Both the position numbers and the translations under genes were made by a program. From NCBI GenBank assembly GCA_030592015.1, contig JAUUZY010000005.1, positions 400-64,399 on the forward strand: a stretch of DNA of 64,000 nt. The letters run 5' to 3'. Below are positions 1 through 10,340 of this stretch, in pieces (position 1 is the first letter of the stretch; each line of letters begins with the position of its first letter). The notes beneath the pieces were generated by a model that was not told the origin of the DNA, searched no databases, and saw only the letters and a list, made by a program, of their open reading frames with translations. The DNA comes from Candidatus Peregrinibacteria bacterium. GTDB lineage: Bacteria > Patescibacteriota > Gracilibacteria > UBA1369 > LOWO2-01-FULL-3.

Positions 1-1367
1 GGAGTGTGAGATTTTCCATCCTTGCCTTCATATTCCAGCCCAAACCTCTCCGGCATCTGGAAATCAATCTGCACAGTCGCACATTGCCATTCTCTCTTAA
101 GTGAATCCCTTATTTTGAAATCTATTTTTGGACCATAAAATGCTCCATCACCGGGATTTAGTTCATAGTCAATTTTTCCCTTCTTCAGCGCACTTGCTAA
201 AGCCTTTTCTGCATTGTCCCATTGCTCATCTGTCCCCATAGCCTTCTCGGGTTTGGTAGACAGGACAACATCATATTCAAAATCAAAAACCTCTTTATAA
301 ACAAATTGCACAAAGTCGATACAAGCTAAAATTTCATCCTCAATCTGCTCAGGAGTCACAAAACAATGTGCATCATCCATACAGAACTTCCTAACTCTGG
401 TCATTCCACCAAGCGCACCTCTGAGTTCATTCCTATGAAGCATCGCAAAATCAGCAATTCTCACAGGCAGATCTCTATAACTCTTCAAATGCATCTTGTA
501 CATGAGCATATGTGAAGGACAATTCATTGGCTTGAGTGAGGCTTCCTTTCCGTCCATATCCACTTGGAACATATTATCTTTATAATGCTCCCAGTGACCA
601 CTTGTTTCCCACAAACTTTTATCATAAACAAGAGGAGTAATAACTTCATCATATTCACGTTTCACATATTCCTTTCTCAAAAATTCAATTAACTTATTAA
701 AAACTATTGTTCCTTTAGGCAAAAAGAACACAGATCCGGGAGAAATATCGTGGAATCGTATCAAATCAAGCTGCACACCAAGTTTTCTATGATCTCTTTT
801 CTTTGCCTCAGCTAATTGTTTCAAATATGCATCCAGCTCTTCCCTTGTATGCCAACATGTTCCATAAATCCTCTGTAGCATCGGATTCTTTTCATCACCC
901 TTCCAATACGCACCGGATATTTTCAAGAGCTTAAACGGCCCAATCTGACCTGTGTGTTCCACATGTTTACCCTCACAAAGATCAACAAACGCCGCTTTTC
1001 CATCACCATGCATCACATTCTCATAAAAACTGATTTCCTTACCATCCTTCGCAAATTCCTTCACCAATTCTGCCTTATATTTCTGTCCTGTCATCTCCAA
1101 AAACTCGAGAGCTTTATCCGCAGGTTCTTTCTTTTCAACAAATTTCTGATTTTGCTTAACAATCTGCTTCATTCTCTTTTCAAGTAGCGGCAAATCTTCG
1201 GGAATCAAAGTCCTCGGCAGGTCAAAATCATAATAAAACCCATCATCAATACATGGCCCTATAGCAAGTTTTGCCTCAGGGAACATATCTAAAACAGCCT
1301 GAGCCAATACATGTGAGCATGAATGACGCATCGCCTCCAAATCAACTTTTTCTTTATTTTTAGACAT
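1..1367 (-). CDS. thrS: Threonine--tRNA ligase (5' part; runs off the window start; short form lacking the N-terminal TGS domain)
   Basis: Not in the ORF track because there is no stop in the window. Manual translation from ATG 1367 gives MSKNKEKVDLEAMRHSCSHVLAQAV; later RDHRKLG, KPMNCPSH and GAFYGPKID motifs. Confidence 0.95.
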   Translation of the reverse strand, partial: MSKNKEKVDLEAMRHSCSHVLAQAVLDMFPEAKLAIGPCIDDGFYYDFDLPRTLIPEDLPLLEKRMKQIVKQNQKFVEKKEPADKALEFLEMTGQKYKAELVKEFAKDGKEISFYENVMHGDGKAAFVDLCEGKHVEHTGQIGPFKLLKISGAYWKGDEKNPMLQRIYGTCWHTREELDAYLKQLAEAKKRDHRKLGVQLDLIRFHDISPGSVFFLPKGTIVFNKLIEFLRKEYVKREYDEVITPLVYDKSLWETSGHWEHYKDNMFQVDMDGKEASLKPMNCPSHMLMYKMHLKSYRDLPVRIADFAMLHRNELRGALGGMTRVRKFCMDDAHCFVTPEQIEDEILACIDFVQFVYKEVFDFEYDVVLSTKPEKAMGTDEQWDNAEKALASALKKGKIDYELNPGDGAFYGPKIDFKIRDSLKREWQCATVQIDFQMPERFGLEYEGKDGKSHT

Positions 1368-1414
1368 AGATTTTTATAAGTCAATTTACTACAATAAATT
1401 GGGCAAACAATAAC

Positions 1415-2542
1415 ATGAAACTTTCCTCGCTACAACTTGAAAACTTCCGTAATTACCGTAGTTACAGCTACAAATTTAATGACGAAAAAAACGTCACGAT
1501 TTTACTTGGGCCAAACGGAAAAGGAAAAACAAATTTTCTAGAAGCAATATATGTGCTTTCTCTGGGTAAGTCCTTCAGATCCATCATGCACGGGGATATG
1601 ATTGAATGGGAAATGGACTATATGCGATGCAAGGGAACGATTATACAGGATGATGAGGAGGTTGAACTGGAGGTTTTCTATTCAATTACTCCGCGCAAAT
1701 CCAAAAATTTCAAAAAGAATGATGTTAATCTCAAAAATAGTGAGTATATGGGGAATCTTTTAACAGTTTTGTTTCATCCGGAAGACTTAAACATGCTTTA
1801 TCTGAGTCCGTCCCTCAGAAGACGGTATATGAACATTCTTTTATCGCAGACTGACAGGAAATATCTCTACGCCCTTAGCAAATACAACAAAATTCTCAAG
1901 CAACGGAATGTGCTGCTTGGGGTGATTCGGGAGGCACGATTTGGCGGAAGAGATACAACAAAATTGAAGGAAGATCTTGATGCATGGGATACACAAATAG
2001 TGGAATTCGGAAGCCAGATAATAGCCAAGAGGATAGCTCTTGTAAAATTTCTCATCGCCAATCTGGAAAAGATATATCGCTCAATTTCATCCAAGAAAGA
2101 AACAATAGAACTGATATACGATAGTAAAATTGTGAAAAGGCAATTCCCAGCGGAAGAAGAAATAGCACAATTATACAGAGATGAGCTCTTCAATCGTATG
2201 GAAAGAGACACAAGATCAACAAAGACAAGTGCCGGGCCACACAGAGACGACTTAAAGTTCCTCATAGATGGCAAAGATATATCATCAGCCGCATCACGAG
2301 GGGAGTTCCGCACGCTATTATTGGCCATAAAAATAGCCGAAATAGAGTTTATAAAGGAAAAAACAGGCCGAAATCCAATATTGTTATTGGATGATGTATT
2401 CTCTGAATTAGACAGGAAACGGCAGGGGCATCTACTAAAATGTATAAAAAACTGTCAAACAATCATAACAACAACAGACCTAGAAAACCTTAAAGATGTG
2501 CAGGAGAAAGCCGAAACTATAACACTTGTCGAATTGGAATAA
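1415..2542 (+). CDS. recF: DNA replication and repair protein RecF
   Basis: LENFRNY, Walker A GPNGKGKTN, GPHRDDL, ASRGE, PILLLDDVFSELD. Confidence 0.95.
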   Translation: MKLSSLQLENFRNYRSYSYKFNDEKNVTILLGPNGKGKTNFLEAIYVLSLGKSFRSIMHGDMIEWEMDYMRCKGTIIQDDEEVELEVFYSITPRKSKNFKKNDVNLKNSEYMGNLLTVLFHPEDLNMLYLSPSLRRRYMNILLSQTDRKYLYALSKYNKILKQRNVLLGVIREARFGGRDTTKLKEDLDAWDTQIVEFGSQIIAKRIALVKFLIANLEKIYRSISSKKETIELIYDSKIVKRQFPAEEEIAQLYRDELFNRMERDTRSTKTSAGPHRDDLKFLIDGKDISSAASRGEFRTLLLAIKIAEIEFIKEKTGRNPILLLDDVFSELDRKRQGHLLKCIKNCQTIITTTDLENLKDVQEKAETITLVELE

Positions 2543-2584
2543 GTGTGTTATAATAACAAGAAAGGGAAAAACAAAAATAAAAAA

Positions 2585-3475
2585 ATGGAAGGAATATATC
2601 AAATAATTGGGTCTGTCATTTTGGCGCTTGTGCCAGCGGTGATTTGGGGCTACATCTTCTACAAGAAAAACCCAAAAGACAAAGCCTTAACTGCACTAAC
2701 ATTTTTAGTGGGGGCAATGGCTGTATTTCCAATATTGCTATACAAACTCTCATGGACAGTTTTACCGTGGCTAAATGCTTTCAAGTTTGCAGATAACTAC
2801 GCAGAGGACGTAATTGGCTTCACAAGTATGTTGGTGCTTCCTTTGAGTGTACTTATTACATTCATGCTTGTGGGGTTGATAGAAGAGGTCTCAAAGATGC
2901 TTTCAGTAAAGATGGTTGATGATGACAAGTTACAATGCATAGATGATTCTATCGAATTCTTTATAATTGCGGCTCTTGGATTCTCATTCACAGAAAACAT
3001 CCTTTATTTCTACAATATATGGCTCACACATGGTGCGGGAGATCTACTTTTACCATTTATCTTTAGGTCATCATTTTCAAGTTTTGCACATATTTTATTC
3101 TCAGGAGTACTTGGCTACTACTACGGAATCGCACACTTCGCCAAGCCTATACTTCAGGAGGAGATTAAGAAAAACAGAAGACATTGGACAGTAATACTTC
3201 ACAAAATTTTCAACCTGAGAAAAGTTAAACTGTTTCATCAGGAAAAGATATTTGAAGGCTTGCTTGTGGCAATAGGACTACATGCAATTTTCAATATTTT
3301 TCTAGAGATGAATCTAACCTTCCTAATAGCTCCATATCTGATAAGTGGATATATCGCTTTAAACTATTTATTCAAGAAAAAGGAAAACCACAAGAACTAT
3401 AGAAAGCTCGCAAAGGGATACAGAACCCATCCAGAGCGAAAATCCGGCATATATTTTGTACGGAATCCATTATAG
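2585..3475 (+). CDS. PrsW-family intramembrane glutamic protease
   Basis: Multi-TM protein with GLIEEVSK, ALGFSFTENILY, FAHILFSG and GLHAIFN motifs. ATG 2585 preferred over the GTG at 2543. Confidence 0.85.
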   Translation: MEGIYQIIGSVILALVPAVIWGYIFYKKNPKDKALTALTFLVGAMAVFPILLYKLSWTVLPWLNAFKFADNYAEDVIGFTSMLVLPLSVLITFMLVGLIEEVSKMLSVKMVDDDKLQCIDDSIEFFIIAALGFSFTENILYFYNIWLTHGAGDLLLPFIFRSSFSSFAHILFSGVLGYYYGIAHFAKPILQEEIKKNRRHWTVILHKIFNLRKVKLFHQEKIFEGLLVAIGLHAIFNIFLEMNLTFLIAPYLISGYIALNYLFKKKENHKNYRKLAKGYRTHPERKSGIYFVRNPL

Positions 3476-3492
3476 TAATACACCCACCCCCC

Positions 3493-3521
3493 TTGTCAAA
3501 GCAGTGAAACTATGCTAGCGT
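3493..3521 (+). promoter_or_regulatory. Putative sigma70 promoter of uvrA
   Basis: TTGTCA - 17 bp - TAGCGT with a TG extension (TGcTAGCGT), about 45 bp before the uvrA ATG. Confidence 0.4.
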
Positions 3522-3566
3522 TCTTCTACTGTAGCAATTTAAGCTGTTTTAAGGCAAAAAACGCAA

Positions 3567-6455
3567 ATGTCAAAGGATAAAATAATCGTAAAAGGGGCGA
3601 AAATCCACAACCTCCAAAACATAGATGTGGAGATTCCCCGGGATAAATTTACTGTAATTACAGGGTTGTCAGGCTCAGGAAAATCATCTTTAGCATTCGA
3701 TACAATATACGCAGAGGGACAGAGAAGGTATGTGGAGAGTTTGTCCACCTATGCCAGAAATTTCCTGCAATTGATGGAAAAGCCGGACGTGGAATCTATT
3801 GAAGGACTTTCTCCTGCAATTTCAATTGATCAGAAATCAGCACCTAGAAACCCAAGGTCAACAGTAGGAACTGTGACTGAGATATATGACTATTTGAGGC
3901 TTCTATACGCGAAAGTGGGGACTCCTCATTGTCCAAAATGTGGAGAAACAATTGATAGACAGTCTGTACAGCAAATACTGGATGGTGTTGCTGCTTATAA
4001 AAAAGGGAAAAAGATATTGATACTGGCACCAATCGTTAGGGGTAGAAAGGGACAGCACTTAAAGGCTTTTGAAAAAGTTAGAAAAGAAGGATTCGTGCGT
4101 GTAAGAGTTGATGGGGAAATATACCCGGTGACAGACATTCCCGAGTTAGATGAGAACAAAAGCCATGACGTAGAGATTGTAGTGGACCGCTTGGTTGTTA
4201 AGGATTTTAATAAAAAGACACAAAAACTATCGTCAGGGCAGGAAATAGATCTTCCAAACCCGGACAGGACTCGTTTAGCGGATTCTATTGAGACTACAAT
4301 AAAGTTTGGAGAAGGACTCATGCTGGTCGTAGACAACGATACCGGAGAAACAGATGTGTTTTCCGAGCACTTTGCATGTACAAGTTGTAATATAAGTGTA
4401 CCGGAAATCTCTCCAAGAAATTTTTCATTCAACAGTCCTCACGGGGCATGTCCTGAATGTCATGGATTGGGAACTAAGTTAGAAATAGACCCGGAATTGG
4501 TTTTGCCAAATAAAAAGCTAACACTGGGGGAAGGTGCGATCATGCCATGGTCCACAACAACTTCTCACCTTACTTGGTACAACAGAATACTTGAGAGTGT
4601 TGCAAAGGCTCACAAATTCTCAATGAGTGTCCCTATAAAAAATCTAGACGAAAAAGCTCTGGAGATAATTCTATATGGTGACAAAACTAGAAAATACAAA
4701 GTTGAAATGGGGCAGGGCGGAAAGGGATCGTTCACGGGGGATTACGAAACTAAGTTTGAGGGGGTGATTCCAAATCTTGAGCGAAGATTTCTTGAAACCG
4801 ACTCTGATTATGTGAGAAAGAAAATAGAGAATTTCATGAGGGTATTGGAGTGTCCAAGTTGTAAAGGGCAGAGACTAAGAGCTGAGATTTTAGCTGTGAA
4901 GGTAGCTGATCATTCAATTATAGACCTTACAGAATTTTCAATAGTAAAGGCGATTGATTTCTTCACAAATCTAAAGCTAAGTGAGATGAAGATGGAAATT
5001 GCCAATCAGATTTTGCATGAGGTTAAAAATAGACTGCAATTTCTTGAAAATGTAGGACTTTCCTACCTAACCCTGAATAGGGCAGCTAATACATTGTCTG
5101 GTGGAGAAGCGCAGAGAATTCGTCTGGCAACACAGATAGGATCTCGTCTCTCAGGCGTTATTTACGTACTGGATGAGCCAAGTATCGGTTTGCATCAAAA
5201 CGACAACGACAAGTTGATTAAAACGCTAATTTCATTAAGAGATATTGGAAATACAGTAATTGTAGTGGAACATGATACGGATACAATGATGGCTGCCGAC
5301 TATATATTGGATATAGGACCCGGAGCTGGAAAGCATGGGGGGAAAATTGTAGCAAAAGGAACCCCTGAAGAAATAATCAAAGATAAGAATTCCGTAACCG
5401 GAAGATACTTGTCAGGAAAACAAAAAATTGAGATACCAACAGAACGAAGAAAGGGAAATGGGAAAAATCTATCAATAGCAGGAGCGGCAGAGCACAACCT
5501 AAAAGAAGTTTCTGTTGATTTTCCATTGGGAACCTTTATAGCGGTTACCGGAGTTTCCGGATCGGGAAAATCGACTCTCGTTAACGATATACTTGTTAGA
5601 AGGATATCAAAGGAACTTTATGGCTCAAAAGCGCTTCCTGGGAAGCATAAAGAGGTAAATGGAATGGAGCACCTTGATAAAATAATAAACATTAACCAGT
5701 CACCGATTGGTAGAACACCAAGATCAAATCCCGCAACATATACGGGAGTATTCACTGATATTAGAGATTTATTTGCACAAACACCTGAGGCAAAACTTAG
5801 GGGATACAAGGCGGGTAGGTTTAGTTTCAATGTGAAAGGTGGTAGGTGTGAGAAATGTTCAGGAGATGGAATAAAGAAAATAGAAATGCACTTCCTTCCG
5901 GACATCTACGTCCCATGTGAAGAGTGTAAAGGTAAAAGATATAATAATGAGGCCTTAGAAGTAAGATATAGAGGTAAAAATATATATGAAGTACTGGAAA
6001 TGACGGTTGAGGAAGCTTTAGAGTTTTTTAAGGCGATTCCAAGCGTTAAAACCAAACTACAAACCTTATTTGAAGTAGGTCTAGGGTATATACACCTTGG
6101 ACAACCTGCCACAACACTTTCAGGTGGTGAGGCGCAAAGAATAAAGTTAGCTACGGAGCTTTCTAAAAGATCTACTGGAAAAACACTATACGTACTTGAT
6201 GAGCCAACAACAGGTTTGCATTTCGAGGATGTGAAGAAGCTTCTGGATGTATTGCAAAGATTAGTCGAGAAAGGAAATACAGTTCTTGTAATAGAACACA
6301 ACCTGGACGTAATAAAGTCTGTGGATCATATAATCGATATGGGACCAGAGGGGGGTGACAAGGGTGGAGAGGCAATTGCAATTGGAACGCCTGAAGAAAT
6401 AATACTGGAAAAGCACTCCTACACAGGTCAGTGGCTCAAGAAGATTTTGAGCTAA
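3567..6455 (+). CDS. uvrA: Excinuclease ABC subunit A
   Basis: Two ABC modules ([29 protein letters not shown]), zinc fingers, [11 protein letters not shown]. Confidence 0.98.
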   Translation: MSKDKIIVKGAKIHNLQNIDVEIPRDKFTVITGLSGSGKSSLAFDTIYAEGQRRYVESLSTYARNFLQLMEKPDVESIEGLSPAISIDQKSAPRNPRSTVGTVTEIYDYLRLLYAKVGTPHCPKCGETIDRQSVQQILDGVAAYKKGKKILILAPIVRGRKGQHLKAFEKVRKEGFVRVRVDGEIYPVTDIPELDENKSHDVEIVVDRLVVKDFNKKTQKLSSGQEIDLPNPDRTRLADSIETTIKFGEGLMLVVDNDTGETDVFSEHFACTSCNISVPEISPRNFSFNSPHGACPECHGLGTKLEIDPELVLPNKKLTLGEGAIMPWSTTTSHLTWYNRILESVAKAHKFSMSVPIKNLDEKALEIILYGDKTRKYKVEMGQGGKGSFTGDYETKFEGVIPNLERRFLETDSDYVRKKIENFMRVLECPSCKGQRLRAEILAVKVADHSIIDLTEFSIVKAIDFFTNLKLSEMKMEIANQILHEVKNRLQFLENVGLSYLTLNRAANTLSGGEAQRIRLATQIGSRLSGVIYVLDEPSIGLHQNDNDKLIKTLISLRDIGNTVIVVEHDTDTMMAADYILDIGPGAGKHGGKIVAKGTPEEIIKDKNSVTGRYLSGKQKIEIPTERRKGNGKNLSIAGAAEHNLKEVSVDFPLGTFIAVTGVSGSGKSTLVNDILVRRISKELYGSKALPGKHKEVNGMEHLDKIININQSPIGRTPRSNPATYTGVFTDIRDLFAQTPEAKLRGYKAGRFSFNVKGGRCEKCSGDGIKKIEMHFLPDIYVPCEECKGKRYNNEALEVRYRGKNIYEVLEMTVEEALEFFKAIPSVKTKLQTLFEVGLGYIHLGQPATTLSGGEAQRIKLATELSKRSTGKTLYVLDEPTTGLHFEDVKKLLDVLQRLVEKGNTVLVIEHNLDVIKSVDHIIDMGPEGGDKGGEAIAIGTPEEIILEKHSYTGQWLKKILS

Positions 6456-6784
6456 AGTTGGTCTAAGTTTAGTTAGTTATATTAAATCCTAAAGGGTTTT
6501 TTGTTATTTGCTATGACTCGCTAAAGTTTAACTAAGTTTAATAAACTTTAATAAAGTTGAATTAAATTGCTGTATAAAATCAAAATATGTATAGATTAAA
6601 CGCCTAAAGTTTAACTAAGTTTAATTAACTTGTGAAAAAGTGTTGAAAATTAAAAAGTCTTGTGTTAGATTTACTCCTGCAAGACGTTTGAAAACGAGGT
6701 GGAGGGATTGAAAAGATCTATAGAACGTGGTAAAATTGAATGAGACTAGATAAAGTAGTCTAAAGTTTAATTTAATAAAGTAGA
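6452..6784 (+). repeat. Arrays of phased 10-bp direct repeats (consensus ~(A/C)TAAAGTTTA) upstream of the HTH gene
   Basis: Units at 6452 and 6462; five in tandem at 6521-6570; three at 6604-6633; others at 6730, 6750, 6760 and 6775. The 22-mer CTAAAGTTTAACTAAGTTTAAT is identical at 6521 and 6604. Confidence 0.85.
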
Positions 6785-7060
6785 ATGCTTGAAGAGAAGT
6801 TCTATACCACAGATCAGGTAGCAAAAATGCTACAAGTGCATCCCTTTACAATTCTGAAATTCATAAAGCAAGGAAAGCTGAATGGAATAAAGCTTGGAAG
6901 AGTTTATAGAATTAAAGAAGCAGATATCAAAATGTTCATTAATGAACGTTCTACTGCAAAACCTCGAACTTCAAAGAAGGAAGTACAAAAAGAAGAAAAA
7001 GTGCAAGAAGGAAGAAAGCCGTCAAACAAAGAAGGGGACGACCACTACTACATCATCTAA
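6785..7060 (+). CDS. Excisionase/BldC-like (HTH_17, MerR-superfamily) DNA-binding protein with a charged C-terminal tail
   Basis: FYTTDQVAKMLQVHPFTILKFIKQGKLNGIKLGRVYRIKEADI fits the Xis-like winged HTH pattern. Confidence 0.85.
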   Translation: MLEEKFYTTDQVAKMLQVHPFTILKFIKQGKLNGIKLGRVYRIKEADIKMFINERSTAKPRTSKKEVQKEEKVQEGRKPSNKEGDDHYYII

Positions 7061-7073
7061 ACACTGAAGATTA

Positions 7074-7244
7074 ATGATTATACATTGCCTTTCCTGCGGG
7101 AAATCAGTATCAAGCAATTCGCACCGATGCCCATATTGCATCTCAGAAATATCAAGCTTAACGCTTGAAATGAACGGACTGGAAGATAAGGCAAGATTCA
7201 AAGAGAAATTGAGAGAACTCGTGTTTGGACTGGTACATAAATAA
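7074..7244 (+). CDS. Small zinc-ribbon protein (56 aa; missing from the ORF track)
   Basis: Manual translation MIIHCLSCGKSVSSNSHRCPYCISEISSLTLEMNGLEDKARFKEKLRELVFGLVHK*. CxxC-x10-CxxC motif; starts 13 bp after the HTH stop. Confidence 0.8.
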   Translation: MIIHCLSCGKSVSSNSHRCPYCISEISSLTLEMNGLEDKARFKEKLRELVFGLVHK

Positions 7245-7339
7245 AAAACTAAATAAAAATCTCCAATACCCTAAGTTCGTTTGCCCACGAACTACAAAGA
7301 TTCGCCCCTCGGGGAGGATCAAAAACCCTAGAAAAGCCC

Positions 7340-7368
7340 AAAAAGAACCTCAAAGCGAGGTTCTTTTT
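7340..7368. terminator. Bidirectional intrinsic terminator
   Basis: Perfect 12-bp inverted repeat AAAAAGAACCTC-aaagc-GAGGTTCTTTTT between convergent genes. Confidence 0.85.
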
Positions 7369-7377
7369 ATATTTAAA

Positions 7378-8517
7378 CTAGTTTCCTGAGCATTGCCTGT
7401 TATTCATTGTCTCAACGCAGCTATAAACTTTATTTATAGCTGGGAGTCCATCAACTATGGCACTGTTAAGATTGTCCAATTCGCTAACCATAGCTTCAAC
7501 CGTAGCATCACTACCTTCTTTATACAAAGCCTCAAAGCGTGAGTTCATAATTTTCTGCATATTTTCTATTGTATCGTTGAATTCCTCGGATTCAATAGCA
7601 CCCAAAAGCAAGCCATAGGTAGGTCCGGAACTTCCAAACTCAGGGCTATAATATGAAAGATCGTCATATATTTCCTGGTATCCGGTTGCTGCATCCTGAT
7701 TGTTTATATTTAGCTGAACTAGGCCATCAAGGAATCCATCAAAGCTAGAATCGGGGAGTGATTCAACTAATTTTTCCACACGACCACCAACTCCTTTTTC
7801 AAGTTTTTCCCAGGCCGGCGCAACTCCACCGGCAGTCTTAATAAATTCATCCCATTTGTCTGAAACTGTCGACCATGAAGAGTTTTCGCAGAAAATATAG
7901 CTCTTTTTCTTGTCCTCGTATTTCAATTCCAACCTATTAAAGAAAACATCAAATTCTGTCTTTGCAAACTGTCCTGAATCCACATATCTCTCTTTCATGT
8001 CAGCATAAATCTTATTTCGAGAAGTAAATAGAGCCTCACCGTCCTCCCCAAATCTATATGTCAAAACATCGTAAGGAAGGTTAACAACAACAGAGCCATC
8101 AACAATATTTCTCACATAGTACAATTCCGCATTAATCTCGCTGTAAGCCCTTTTCATATTTGGAAGCTTCTGAGTGTTACAAGTCAAAAATGCATCTCTT
8201 ATATACCTCTCTATTTTATCCTGCTGATTTATCAGTGAGATAATGTCATTTGCCTGACATTGGTTTTTGTAGAGTACGTCCTCCCAGATAGCGGTATACC
8301 CTTCAAGGCCATCACTCCAAATTATTGATCGTAGGAACAAAATAAAATCAACATTCCCCTTAGAAATGCAACGCCCAGCACTAAGATCCCCATCAACATT
8401 AGGATCTATATCAGAATTGTCTTGCGCACTTGCCTGCATAGGGGAGACCAGAAGCAGCAATAAAAGCCCTAAGGAAAGGATGATTTTCAAACGAGTTTTT
8501 AGTGATTTATTATGCAT
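7378..8517 (-). CDS. Secreted Cys-containing helical hypothetical protein
   Basis: Signal peptide ending MQASA; Cys at CISK, CQAN, CNTQ, CENS and C-terminal CVETMNNRQC. Overlaps the upstream gene stop by 8 nt. Confidence 0.75.
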   Translation of the reverse strand: MHNKSLKTRLKIILSLGLLLLLLVSPMQASAQDNSDIDPNVDGDLSAGRCISKGNVDFILFLRSIIWSDGLEGYTAIWEDVLYKNQCQANDIISLINQQDKIERYIRDAFLTCNTQKLPNMKRAYSEINAELYYVRNIVDGSVVVNLPYDVLTYRFGEDGEALFTSRNKIYADMKERYVDSGQFAKTEFDVFFNRLELKYEDKKKSYIFCENSSWSTVSDKWDEFIKTAGGVAPAWEKLEKGVGGRVEKLVESLPDSSFDGFLDGLVQLNINNQDAATGYQEIYDDLSYYSPEFGSSGPTYGLLLGAIESEEFNDTIENMQKIMNSRFEALYKEGSDATVEAMVSELDNLNSAIVDGLPAINKVYSCVETMNNRQCSGN

Positions 8518-10339
8518 TTGGTTTGTTCTTTATTGCGTTACATTCATTATCAATTAGCTTGTACTGCCTGTTATAACCTTCAAAGAAAATTCTCATTTGT
8601 TTGATTTCAGGCAATGCAGTTTGATTAAATAGTTTTGTATTAGTTCCTTTATTTGATTCTTGTAGATTGGCAGCCTCAAGCAGCGCCTCGTTTCTAGCTT
8701 TATCCTGAACTCTAGAAACTTCATTAATTATCTCGGCTATGGTTGTTCCCTCAGGAGCTGTAGCCAAGAGGAAGTCAGTTTCGTAGTCCGTAGAGAATGT
8801 AGGTTGTATGCCAATTTGGAGATCAAGAAGCTCTGTATCACCTAAAAATGGTCTATATTTCTCCACAAAACTATTCCATTCCTCAAAAATATTCTTTCCA
8901 AGAATCAAATCATCATTAGGAGGAGTAGGAATAGGAGCAGCTATGGTAATAACCTGTAGATCAGGCATAACAAGGTCAAAGCCCCCCTTACACTTAGCGG
9001 ACTCAAAAATATTCCCGGTAACCTTATTTGGGATAAGAGTATGATTAAGAGTTTTCTTCATAAATTCATTTGTCTTTTCAACTTCGCAAAGTATACAACT
9101 GTCTCCAGGGTTGAAGCTTGAAACAGTCTTCCGAATCAATTCAGTATCCAGACAAATTCCGATCTTCGCTGAGAATCCTGGACCGGCTACACCGGCTGCA
9201 GCACCGGCAGATTGTCCAATCAAAGAGTCGTAGGCATTTCCAAGACTTGAAAATCCGGAACTACCAAAGGTACTATCCGCAGCAGCAGATCCTTCAGCAC
9301 CTCCCAACGCAGGACACCATGTGCTACCCCAGTCACCGACCGGAGCAGGGGAGACAGTTCCATCCGCAGCAACTATAGGCTGGGAAACTGATCGCGTCTC
9401 ATCCGTAGCAGGCACTCCGTCGTTATCATCACCATCTTCTACTACAACAGGATCATCAGATTCATCCGCTTCGGCCTCTTTCAAAGCAATTTTATCGGCC
9501 TCATAACTATTTGCAGCTTCAGCAAAAGGATCATCAACAGCACAAACATCAGACTCTAATTTTTCTATATCTCCAATAGCATCAGCAAATTCACTAATTT
9601 CACTTCCAGCACTATCAATACGAATATCAGTCTCAACATTCCCTTCTTCATCCAGAGGCTGCCTCATGACGGCCACAGGGCCTTCATCAGCGGCATAGTC
9701 GGACCGTTCGACAATTGGATCAGTTGGGATATATGGAGAGCTTAGCTCGCCTCCAAAAGGCTTTCCGACAGTATTGGGAATAACCTCAACAAACAAAATC
9801 TCTTCAATAATTGAAAGATCATGCACAAGATCAAAACCGGAATCAAACAGATCACCGTTAGCAAAAATCTCACTAGGCGCAATAGCGGCATCTATTTCCT
9901 GCTGTAATTCAAAAGTTTCATGAAGGTCTTCAAAATCTTCCTGAAGATTGTTAAACAGAATAAATGCATTCTCCTGAGTCAGGTCTGCAGAGCGAATGTC
10001 AGGATTATTGAAAATCGGAGTAATACTGCCACCTACAACTCTCTCTGCCTCCATATTCGTAAGCCCATACTTCTGCGCAACAAGATCAAGTGCATCATTT
10101 TCCGGAGCCACAAGAAGCTTCCCGTAAACCAACTGGTATAAATCTGTACCTTGCTTTGAAGGAGTGAAAATATCAGTCCATTCAAACAAATTTCCATTGG
10201 CAACGATTTCATCCCAAGTACTTGTCGGATCTTCATCGTTCTCACCATAGGCAACAAGATTTACATCCGCAGCAATCAGCATATAGCTTGCAGCTACTCC
10301 GGCAAATACTCCTATAATGATTGGCAAAAATCTTTTCAT
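8510..10339 (-). CDS. Secreted or membrane-anchored acidic Cys-containing hypothetical protein
   Basis: Likely start MKRFLPII at 10339 (track starts at 10366). N-terminal hydrophobic helix, acidic linker, Cys motifs WCP, GICLD, SCILC, AKCK, NECN. Confidence 0.75.
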   Translation of the reverse strand: MKRFLPIIIGVFAGVAASYMLIAADVNLVAYGENDEDPTSTWDEIVANGNLFEWTDIFTPSKQGTDLYQLVYGKLLVAPENDALDLVAQKYGLTNMEAERVVGGSITPIFNNPDIRSADLTQENAFILFNNLQEDFEDLHETFELQQEIDAAIAPSEIFANGDLFDSGFDLVHDLSIIEEILFVEVIPNTVGKPFGGELSSPYIPTDPIVERSDYAADEGPVAVMRQPLDEEGNVETDIRIDSAGSEISEFADAIGDIEKLESDVCAVDDPFAEAANSYEADKIALKEAEADESDDPVVVEDGDDNDGVPATDETRSVSQPIVAADGTVSPAPVGDWGSTWCPALGGAEGSAAADSTFGSSGFSSLGNAYDSLIGQSAGAAAGVAGPGFSAKIGICLDTELIRKTVSSFNPGDSCILCEVEKTNEFMKKTLNHTLIPNKVTGNIFESAKCKGGFDLVMPDLQVITIAAPIPTPPNDDLILGKNIFEEWNSFVEKYRPFLGDTELLDLQIGIQPTFSTDYETDFLLATAPEGTTIAEIINEVSRVQDKARNEALLEAANLQESNKGTNTKLFNQTALPEIKQMRIFFEGYNRQYKLIDNECNAIKNKPNA

Positions 10340-10340
10340 A

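Noticed and set aside
1368-1414. T-box or other leader RNA for thrS
   Set aside because: Only 47 bp separate the divergent thrS and recF starts, too short for such a leader.
3469-3499. Minus-strand TTGACA...TATAAT antisense promoter into the first prsW-like gene
   Set aside because: The spacer is 19 bp and no gene follows on that strand; a plus-strand uvrA promoter explains the site at least as well.
6452-6784. Decamer arrays as a CRISPR array or replication origin
   Set aside because: Units are 10 bp with no unique spacers and no cas genes. I saw no TTATCCACA DnaA-box cluster and no dnaA/dnaN nearby.
6785-7060. HTH gene as the excisionase of a prophage or ICE
   Set aside because: No integrase, tRNA/att site or phage genes in the window.
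7270-7300. Minus-strand GGGCAAAC as a c-di-GMP-I riboswitch
   Set aside because: The second stem and other conserved elements are missing, and the position is 3' of genes, past a terminator.
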